Origin: an uncultured Polyangiaceae bacterium | Lineage (GTDB): Bacteria; Myxococcota_A; Polyangia; Polyangiales; Polyangiaceae | Length of the DNA: 42,497 nucleotides | NCBI GenBank assembly: GCA_964383995.1 | Contig: CAYLJT010000001.1 | Span: 1-42,497 of the forward strand | Direction of reading: 5' to 3' | Shown: positions 25,980-32,289 of the stretch, one piece after another | Layout of the letters: the number at the start of each line of letters is the position of its first letter | Position numbering within the stretch: the stretch's first letter is position 1 | The notes under the pieces: generated by a model | What the model saw: only the letters and a program-made list of their open reading frames with translations | Told to the model about the DNA's origin: nothing | Databases searched by the model: none | Position numbers and translations under genes: made by a program

Positions 25980-26369
25980 CTAGCTGCCCAAAACCACGTA
26001 CTCGATAGTCCCGTCGGCGGTTGGACCGGCCCCCGCGGGTGTCAATAGAAGGGCGCTCAGCGACGTCGTCCCGGCCGCCACAGGCGCCCAGTGCATGAAC
26101 AGGCCGCCGGGGGCGATCTCGTAGAGATCGGTGCCGTTCGCGTTGATTTGAACACCAACGTCGACATCAAGGTTGTTTCGAACGGCTATGCCCCGCGCGT
26201 CCGTCGAGCCGCCAAAGGGCACATCGACGGCGGTCGTCGAGCCCTGCGCCACATCGAGGGTTCCCATGCTGACTGCCGAATACGAAAAAGACACGCCGAA
26301 CGCCTGAGCCACCGGGCCCGACGCCGGCGGGGTGAACGTCAGAGTGGAGCTGAACGTTGCGCTGCCCAT
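25980..26369 (-). CDS. First gene of the operon: beta-rich 129-aa hypothetical protein
   Basis: ORF track. The ATG at 26369 is preceded by AGGAAGG. GC-rich third positions. Ser/Thr/Gly/Val-rich with no cysteines and no signal peptide. No family recognised. Confidence 0.6.
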   Translation of the reverse strand: MGSATFSSTLTFTPPASGPVAQAFGVSFSYSAVSMGTLDVAQGSTTAVDVPFGGSTDARGIAVRNNLDVDVGVQINANGTDLYEIAPGGLFMHWAPVAAGTTSLSALLLTPAGAGPTADGTIEYVVLGS

Positions 26370-26633
26370 GAAACGCCTTCCTTTCGACTAGAGGCTGTTT
26401 TCCATATCACTGTCCCTGCATACGAGAAAAGCGAAAATGGGTCGCACCGGAAAATCAATAACCATACCACAATGTCAGTATCGCAGGACAACAAATTTAC
26501 ATCCTCAGCCCGGGCGCCCTGCGCCTTTTGCGTGTTTTCGCGCCGATTTGCGCCTCTTTTGGGGGCGCTTCTTTTGCGATGCGCTTTTAGGACGCGACGC
26601 CTGCGGCGTTGGCCGACACAACAATGACTGCAA
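26370..26633. promoter_or_regulatory. Divergent intergenic region between the eCIS operon and the plsC-like gene; presumed promoters and operators
   Basis: This is the only sizeable non-coding gap flanking the operon start. Bases 26401-26500 are conspicuously AT-rich for this genome. They are followed by a cluster of GCGCY..TTTTG motifs (see the repeat feature). I could not assign specific -35/-10 or -24/-12 boxes with confidence. Confidence 0.35.
26521..26590. repeat. Five tandem GCGCY-N0-2-TTT(T)G motifs / phased T-tracts
   Basis: Copies: GCGCCTTTTGCG (26521), GCGCCGATTTGCG (26540), GCGCCTCTTTTGG (26550), GCGCTTCTTTTGCG (26565), GCGCTTTTAGG (26581). T-tracts recur every ~10-15 bp. Confidence 0.5.
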
Positions 26634-27467
26634 GTGGCGCAATTATGGCGCAATCATGACGAAACATCCGCGCGCGGACGGCTACGCTCGGCGTCCGTGA
26701 TGCGCGATTTCGTTCTCGATTGGGCCGCGACCGCGGCCTCCACCGCAGGAGTCTTTGCCTCGCTCATCGTCTTCGATGGCCTCCAACGCGTCGCGTTACC
26801 TTTCGGCTCGCGGGCCCACCAGAAGATGGTCAGTGGCATGGCCACAGGCATCAACCGCGCTGCCCGCTTGAGCGGTGCCAGCGTGCGGCGAGAGGGCCTG
26901 TCGAACGTCGATCCCTCTCAAAGCTACATCATTGTCTCAAACCACCAGTCACTGCTCGATATCTCGCTCGCCTCGGAGATCCTCGCGGATCTTCAGCCAC
27001 GGTATGTGTCCAAGATCGAGCTCGCGCGGGGCATCCCAGGCGTCTCTTACAACCTGCGTCGCGGCGGCTCGGTGTGCATCGATCGCAAGAACCCTGCGCA
27101 AGCCCACAGTGCCATTGAGGACATCGCGCGTCGGGTCGCCACGGAGGGCATTTCGGTCGTTATCTTCCCGGAGGGCACGCGCTCCAAGAACGGCGCCATG
27201 AAGCCCTTTCATCATGGTGGACTGCGCACCATCCTCAAGCACGCCCCCAACGTGCCTGTGCTGCCCCTCACGGTGTACGGCGGCTCGCGCCTGTTTCGGA
27301 ACAACCTCAAGCCCATCGTCCGCAACGTGGAGCTCGGGTTCGTGGTGCACCCCCCGCGCATGGCGCCCCCGGCCGACGACGACGCGCAGTTTCTGCCTTT
27401 CGTCGACGAGCTTTACCGCGTTATCGAGTCCGCGCTGCCCGAGCGCGACCGCCTCGGGCAGGCCTGA
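26634..27467 (+). CDS. plsC: 1-acyl-sn-glycerol-3-phosphate acyltransferase family protein (PlsC-like)
   Basis: ORF track. Acyltransferase motif I NHQSLLD (HX4D) and motif III FPEGTRS are present, with a hydrophobic N-terminal segment. The true start may be ATG 26700 (MRDFVLDW...). Confidence 0.85.
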   Translation: MAQLWRNHDETSARGRLRSASVMRDFVLDWAATAASTAGVFASLIVFDGLQRVALPFGSRAHQKMVSGMATGINRAARLSGASVRREGLSNVDPSQSYIIVSNHQSLLDISLASEILADLQPRYVSKIELARGIPGVSYNLRRGGSVCIDRKNPAQAHSAIEDIARRVATEGISVVIFPEGTRSKNGAMKPFHHGGLRTILKHAPNVPVLPLTVYGGSRLFRNNLKPIVRNVELGFVVHPPRMAPPADDDAQFLPFVDELYRVIESALPERDRLGQA

Positions 27468-27595
27468 GCGCAGGGGTCTCGGCCCCAATGTGCCGAAAAT
27501 CGTCACATGTTCGGCCGGCTTTTCGAATAGCCCACGTCGGGATTTCCCCACGTTGTTAGGAAAAGCCCTATCATGTCAACGCGACGAGGACCGTC

Positions 27596-28048
27596 ATGAG
27601 CAACCAGCACCCCGAGTGGGCCGAAAACCAAGGGTTTCGGCCCATCCTGGCCGATGACCAGGACACGGCCGAGAGAACCATCGACGAAATCGCGGAGGGG
27701 GCCGCGCCGGGTGAGTTGCACGATCTTGCGAGGCTGCGCGAAGCCGCCGTGCTGGGGCTGCGGGGGCGGGTGCCGCTGCCCGACTTTCAGGACCCCGAGG
27801 ACCAGACCACGTCGGACGACGTGCTTTTTCAGGTGGGACAGGCGCTCCGCGAGGGGCTTTCGATGCCGGAGCCGTCCGAGACCGACGAGACCCTGTCCAC
27901 CGACGCCCGCGAACGCATTTGGGCCCAGGTGGCAGCCGCGTGGGACGGCCCATTTTCCCCGATTACAGCCCGCTCGTCCGCGCCCTTCGAGGGTCCGCCC
28001 ACGGAGACACCACCCATGAGCGGAGACCGACCCAAGAGGCGTGGATAG
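27596..28048 (+). CDS. Acidic hypothetical protein (150 aa)
   Basis: ORF track. Strong GC3 bias in this frame. Asp/Glu/Pro-rich. No family recognised. Lies immediately upstream of the ECF sigma gene. Confidence 0.55.
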   Translation: MSNQHPEWAENQGFRPILADDQDTAERTIDEIAEGAAPGELHDLARLREAAVLGLRGRVPLPDFQDPEDQTTSDDVLFQVGQALREGLSMPEPSETDETLSTDARERIWAQVAAAWDGPFSPITARSSAPFEGPPTETPPMSGDRPKRRG

Positions 28049-28091
28049 ACACCACGCCAAAAAAATCCCGCCTGGGGCGACCCCCCGGTAG

Positions 28092-28988
28092 TTGAGCGAG
28101 GATCCGGTGAGCGACAACGACCTGACCATGACAGTCCAAGAGATCGCTGCGAGAGAGAGAGAGCTGCACACGCGTCTCATCGAGCAAGCCTATGCGGGGG
28201 ACAGGGGCGCGCAGCGCAGGCTCTACGAAGCGATAGCTCCTCGCATCGAGCAGTCCGTCTCGCGCGTCGTCGCGTCCTACCGCGGCCGCCTCGGCGGACG
28301 TTGCGTCCCCGAAGAGACCGAGGAGATTTGTCAGGAGGTCCATCTCGTCATTCACCAGCGCGGGGCGTTGCTCGCCTGGAAGCCCGAGATCGCGCCTTTG
28401 ATGGTGCTTGTCTGGACCATCGCTCGGAACGTGGCGCTCGACTGGTTCCGAAAGAAGAGACTGCCTGTCATGGGCGACACCTACCCCGACGATGTCGTGG
28501 ATCTGGGGCCCCATGCAGAGTGCTTGTACGCAGGTCGCGAGACGACGGCGCGCCTCAGCCACGCGCTACGCGCGGTGCTCTCCGACACGCAGTGGCAAAT
28601 CATCGAATATCATTGTGTCTTCGACCTCGGCGTCGGCGAGATAGCCCGGTTGCTCGAGTGCGGCGAGAACGCCGTGGCCGCGAAGCTGAGCCGCATCCGT
28701 CGCAGCAAAGGCACCCTCATCGCGCATATCATGCTCGAAATGCTGGGCGACTCCGTGTCCCCGGCGCAGCGCGACCTGCTCGTCGGCGTCAAGAATGGCA
28801 CCGGCACCGCGCGCGTGAAGAGCCGCGGCGAGAAGCCCAGTCCGCAGGAAGACGCCGCTCCCGAGAGTGACAGTAACGTCACCCTCTTGTCGAATGGCGC
28901 CGACGAGGCCGAGACGCAGGAGAGCCCGCGTCCGAGCGGCGTCCACGCCTCCGCCGAGGACGACACGTCGAAGGCTCAAGAGGGCTAG
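28092..28988 (+). CDS. ECF-type sigma-70 family RNA polymerase sigma factor with a ~90-aa acidic C-terminal extension
   Basis: ORF track, which starts at a TTG. ATG 28128 (MTVQEIAARE...) is a likely real start. The region-2-like segment is RRLYEAIAPRIEQSV...VWTIARNVALDWFRKKR. The region-4 HTH is LSDTQWQIIEYHCVFDLGVGEIARLLECGENAVAAKLSRIR. Confidence 0.8.
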   Translation: MSEDPVSDNDLTMTVQEIAARERELHTRLIEQAYAGDRGAQRRLYEAIAPRIEQSVSRVVASYRGRLGGRCVPEETEEICQEVHLVIHQRGALLAWKPEIAPLMVLVWTIARNVALDWFRKKRLPVMGDTYPDDVVDLGPHAECLYAGRETTARLSHALRAVLSDTQWQIIEYHCVFDLGVGEIARLLECGENAVAAKLSRIRRSKGTLIAHIMLEMLGDSVSPAQRDLLVGVKNGTGTARVKSRGEKPSPQEDAAPESDSNVTLLSNGADEAETQESPRPSGVHASAEDDTSKAQEG

Positions 28989-29018
28989 CGCTGCTCGAGG
29001 TCTGGTGGCCGCGCTAGC
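28984..29018. terminator. Inverted repeat (8-bp stem, 19-nt loop) between convergent genes; possible bidirectional terminator
   Basis: GCTAGCGC (28984-28991) pairs with GCGCTAGC (29011-29018). Each arm contains the stop codon of one of the two convergent genes. There is no U-tract. Confidence 0.3.
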
Positions 29019-29643
29019 GCGCGATGGCCGTGTTGACGACGTCGACGACGGCGCGACGCAGGCGGCGATAACCCTCTAGGTTGGGTGGCAGTCCGCCGAG
29101 GTGCAACAACAGTCCACCCGCGAAGAGCTCGAGGTGCCCCGAGAAGCCCCAACCCGCCAAAAGAGCGCGTAATCGGCCGTGAAATCCGGCTCGCGCGATG
29201 TCCACGCTGGGGGCAAATGTCTTGACGTGCCCGTCCCACAAGGCATCTCCGACGCTGACCTCGCGAGGTGGCTTGTCGCCCAAGAAGGCCGCTCGGGTGA
29301 TGAAGTGCTCGCCGGCGCGCGCCGCGGCGCGATGAAACAGCCCTTGATGGGTGGCAAAGGCCAGGAGCGTTCGATCGAGGGGTTCCAGGTCAGTCTCGGC
29401 CATCCAAGGCTCCACCACGACGACATAGCCCGTGCCGGTGACCTGCGTGACCGCGTTGATGTAACGCGCGGGGGAGGCGATCGTGAAGAACGGTTCCCAC
29501 GCGCGAAACCAGGCTTCGTCGGGTGCGGTTTCATGTCGCAGGCCGCGCGATGCCGCCCAATTTGCGATGATTTCCGAGCCGTACGGGATGGGGGGAGGGT
29601 TTTCCACGGGACGTAGTGATGTATACTGCCGCCCCATGGTCAC
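29014..29643 (-). CDS. Hypothetical protein (up to 209 aa)
   Basis: ORF track. Convincing GC3 bias and natural amino-acid composition (…WFRAWEPFFTIASPARYINAVTQVTGTGYVVVVEPWMAETDLEPLDRTLLAF…). The start is uncertain: GTG 29643, ATG 29637 or GTG 29610. The first two overlap the divergent lipoprotein gene start. Confidence 0.6.
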   Translation of the reverse strand: MTMGRQYTSLRPVENPPPIPYGSEIIANWAASRGLRHETAPDEAWFRAWEPFFTIASPARYINAVTQVTGTGYVVVVEPWMAETDLEPLDRTLLAFATHQGLFHRAAARAGEHFITRAAFLGDKPPREVSVGDALWDGHVKTFAPSVDIARAGFHGRLRALLAGWGFSGHLELFAGGLLLHLGGLPPNLEGYRRLRRAVVDVVNTAIAR

Positions 29644-30151
29644 GAAAAGCGCCGTCTTCAGTCTGGTGCTCGTCGTCTCATTGACGGGCTGCGAACAATC
29701 CTCGGAAACCCCGCCTCCGGCGTCGACCGCGCCGGCGGCTCAGGGCGCCGTGACGAAGGTGGGCGCCCCTCTGTCGGCGGGTGAACGCCTGACGGTGGCC
29801 GACCTCGTGGCCAAGGCCCCCGAGTTCAAGGACAAGACCGTGGTCGTCTCGGGCACCGTGCGACAAGCATGCTCGAAGAAGGGCTGTTGGATGGAGCTCG
29901 CGGGCGGCACCGACAAGAGCCAACCGGGCTGCCGCGTGACATTCAAGGACTACGCCTTCTTCGTGCCCGTCGATTCGGCGGGCTCCACCGCGACGGTCCA
30001 GGGGCTCGTCTCGGTCGAGACGGTGTCCGTGGCGCAAGTCCAGCACATGGAGTCGGAAGGGGGGCAGTTTCCCATCAAGAACGCCGACGGCACGGCCAAC
30101 GAGGTCCGCATCGTGGCGACCGGCGTCGAGCTGACCCGCCCGGGTAGCTGA
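29636..30151 (+). CDS. Lipoprotein, DUF4920-like
   Basis: ORF 29483..30151, trimmed to ATG 29636: MVTKSAVFSLVLVVSLTGCEQ, a lipobox (L-T-G-C). The CSKKGCWMEL motif is what I recall for DUF4920. Confidence 0.7.
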   Translation: MVTKSAVFSLVLVVSLTGCEQSSETPPPASTAPAAQGAVTKVGAPLSAGERLTVADLVAKAPEFKDKTVVVSGTVRQACSKKGCWMELAGGTDKSQPGCRVTFKDYAFFVPVDSAGSTATVQGLVSVETVSVAQVQHMESEGGQFPIKNADGTANEVRIVATGVELTRPGS

Positions 30152-30230
30152 CTTCTTCCGACCACGGCCCGCGCACGCGCCCATCGATTCCTCGGAGCTC
30201 GCGGTTTCACGCATCGATTCCTGCGAATCG

Positions 30231-30581
30231 ATGCACTACGCTCCGCCCATGGAGCTTGCGCGACTCTACGACGAGCTTACCTCCGCGGCGCGGAAGGTCG
30301 GCATCGTCGTGCGCACCGAGCCCTTCGATCCCGCGGTCCCCGAGAAGCAAGGCGGGCGAGGTGGGCTCTGTCGCCTGCGGGGCAAGTGGATCATTCTGAT
30401 CGACGCCCGTGCTCCGTTGGTGGACCGCATTGCGGCGGTCGCGTCGGCGCTCTCCGAGGTTGACCTGGAAGAGGTCTATTTGCCCCCCGTGGTCCGCGCG
30501 ACGATCGGCGCTTACGCCGGCAAGCCACGCTTGATCGGCGTGCCCGACATGGAGAAGCGGCCCTTGACGCGGATCCGCTAG
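30231..30581 (+). CDS. Small hypothetical protein (116 aa)
   Basis: ORF track with GC3 bias. No family recognised. An alternative start is MELARLY at 30249. Confidence 0.5.
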   Translation: MHYAPPMELARLYDELTSAARKVGIVVRTEPFDPAVPEKQGGRGGLCRLRGKWIILIDARAPLVDRIAAVASALSEVDLEEVYLPPVVRATIGAYAGKPRLIGVPDMEKRPLTRIR

Positions 30582-30643
30582 CGCGGCCCTGTGCGCCGCA
30601 TCTGGACCCCCGCCGCCCCTGGGTTTGGAGGTAAGCTCGGTCC

Positions 30644-32116
30644 ATGCGGCGCGCTTGCCTCTCTTCCCTGTGGGCGTTGATTCCCCTGCTCGCGACGACA
30701 GAAGCGTGGGCGACCCATCACTACGCCTCCGCGATGCGCTACCGGGTGCCCGATCCCGTGGCGGCGCCGCTCACCGTCGAGCTCGAGCTCGACATTGGCT
30801 ACCGCGCATCGTTCGGACCCGATGCCGCGGGGCTTGCCTTCGACGACGGAGACTCGGGCTCGTCCGCGGGCGTCGACATCGGCAGCCCCGGTCTCGGGGG
30901 CGGCAACGCGCCGGGATATCAGGTGGCGCGGCATGTCTACACCCACACCTTTCCTTCCCAGGGACCCTATGCGCCTTGGTATGCGACCTGTTGTGCCGCC
31001 TCCGCCATCCAGAACGCTGGCAGCAACTCCATCTGGGCGTCCCTCGCCGTCGACCTCGCCGCGGCCCCGCTCGGCAGCGCGATCATGGCCATTCCACCCG
31101 TCGTCTTCTTTCAGACCCCGGGCATTCGCAGCTATTTCATCCCCGTCAAGGCCCCCGGCAACGCCGCGTTTACTTGCCGATTTTCCACCACCGCCGAGTC
31201 GAGCTACGCCACCAACCCCGCGGTCATTGTCAATGGCGCGGGCCCCACGATCGCCAATGTCTCGGACGGATGTCTGCTGACCTGGGATACCGAGGGGGCC
31301 GTCCCCGACAACATCTTTGCGGTGAGCGTCGCGGTCGACGTGGGCGAAGCAGGGGCCGTGGCGACCGCGTTTTCGGACGTGCTCATCCACTTTGTCACGA
31401 GCCCCGTCCCGGACTGTTCGGGATCAGGCGTCTTCAATGTCGAGGTCGGGAGCACCTTGACCTTGCCATTCCAGGCGACCTCCTCGACCGGCGCCGACCT
31501 TTCCTTGGAGTCCATTGGTCTGCTCGGTGCTCTGACCCCGCCGGAGGGGAGCAGCGGCGCCCAGCCGCTGGCCGCCAATCTGACCTTCTCTCCCGTCAGC
31601 GCCGACATTGGCATCCATGCCCTCAACGTCATCTACCGCGACGATCTCGGCGTCGATGGCTCGTGCGCCGCCGTCATCGAGGTGGGGCCCTGCCCGGTGC
31701 AGGGTCAGCCCTGTACGGCCGGCGAAGGGGTGTGCGCGGCGAGCGGAACCACGCAGTGTGGCGCGGGCCAGATCACCTGTGACGCCGTGCTCGGCGAGCC
31801 CATGGAAGAAGAGTGCAATGGGCTCGACGACGATTGCGACGGTGTCGTCGATGAGGACGTCTGCGATGTGTCCGGGACAGGGGGCGCGGGAGGAGCGGGT
31901 GGCGGGGGTGGACAAGCGCCGGAGGCGGGTGGGGGCGGTGAGGGCGGCGCCGGAGGCGGGGCGGGTCCCTCGGATCCGCAGGTCGTGGATGGCTGTGGTT
32001 GCCGCGTCGCGCAGCTCGATCAACGCTGGGGCGCTGGCGGCCTCCTGACCTCTGCCCTCGTGGTCTTGGCAAGGCGACGCCGCGCCCGGTGCAAGCAAAA
32101 TGGCCTGGAAAAGTAA
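30644..32116 (+). CDS. Secreted surface protein with a Cys-rich MopE-like metal-binding motif, a Gly-rich linker and a MYXO-CTERM sorting domain
   Basis: ORF track. Signal peptide: MRRACLSSLWALIPLLATTEAWA. Cys-rich module: CPVQGQPCTAGEGVCAASGTTQCGAGQITCD...ECNGLDDDCDGVVDEDVCD. C-terminus: DGCGCRVAQ...LLTSALVVLARRRRA, the GCGC + hydrophobic + RRRR arrangement of MYXO-CTERM. Confidence 0.8.
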   Translation: MRRACLSSLWALIPLLATTEAWATHHYASAMRYRVPDPVAAPLTVELELDIGYRASFGPDAAGLAFDDGDSGSSAGVDIGSPGLGGGNAPGYQVARHVYTHTFPSQGPYAPWYATCCAASAIQNAGSNSIWASLAVDLAAAPLGSAIMAIPPVVFFQTPGIRSYFIPVKAPGNAAFTCRFSTTAESSYATNPAVIVNGAGPTIANVSDGCLLTWDTEGAVPDNIFAVSVAVDVGEAGAVATAFSDVLIHFVTSPVPDCSGSGVFNVEVGSTLTLPFQATSSTGADLSLESIGLLGALTPPEGSSGAQPLAANLTFSPVSADIGIHALNVIYRDDLGVDGSCAAVIEVGPCPVQGQPCTAGEGVCAASGTTQCGAGQITCDAVLGEPMEEECNGLDDDCDGVVDEDVCDVSGTGGAGGAGGGGGQAPEAGGGGEGGAGGGAGPSDPQVVDGCGCRVAQLDQRWGAGGLLTSALVVLARRRRARCKQNGLEK

Positions 32117-32172
32117 CGTGGGGCCCCAGTGTGTATGATTGTCCCGTTCTCTGCTACCACGATGACGCTGCT

Positions 32173-32190
32173 CGCGAAGCGGGCTTCGCG
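32173..32190 (+). terminator. Perfect 7-bp GC-rich hairpin downstream of the MYXO-CTERM gene
   Basis: CGCGAAG-CGGG-CTTCGCG, 57 nt after the stop. There is no clear U-tract, which may not be decisive in GC-rich genomes. Confidence 0.3.
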
Positions 32191-32289
32191 CCTTCCTGCG
32201 CGCAGGATGTCCAATTGTCGACCTTGACACGATGTTCGCGGTCTTCCCTCGCTGCCGCGCCCCGGATCGCCTCTTGCTGCGGGCCCGGC

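Noticed and set aside
23677-25983. A 768-aa plus-strand ORF, and similar long ORFs at 4404..5795 (+), 13080..14105 (+), 18543..19940 (+), 35299..37068 (+), 37900..40569 (-) and 40656..42104 (-)
   Set aside because: They lie antisense or out of frame to genes with clear family motifs. Their translations are Arg/Gly/Ala/Pro-rich with no recognisable domains. Long spurious open frames are expected in DNA this GC-rich, because stop codons are rare.
1-26369. Prophage or defective prophage
   Set aside because: Only tail, baseplate, fibre, ATPase and effector genes are present. I saw no capsid, portal, terminase, integrase, repressor or lysis genes, and no flanking tRNA or direct repeats. Together with the DUF4255 cap, AAA+ ATPase and DUF4157 cargo, this points to an eCIS rather than a phage.
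1-26369. Type VI secretion system
   Set aside because: The locus has a single long sheath gene rather than a TssB/TssC pair. There are no TssJ/L/M membrane-complex genes, no TssA/TssK/TssE set and no ClpV-like gene. The tube is gp19-like rather than Hcp-like.
26400-26520. Sigma-54 (-24/-12) promoter for the eCIS operon
   Set aside because: The best candidate on the minus strand (TGGTATGGTTATTGA) has GG-N10-GA rather than GG-N10-GC. No nearby bacterial enhancer-binding protein gene is visible.
31999-32289. The long N-terminal extension of the lipoprotein ORF as given in the track (start 31999)
   Set aside because: It overlaps the end of the MYXO-CTERM gene, and its translation is Arg/Pro-rich nonsense. 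The lipoprotein signal peptide begins near GTG 32290.
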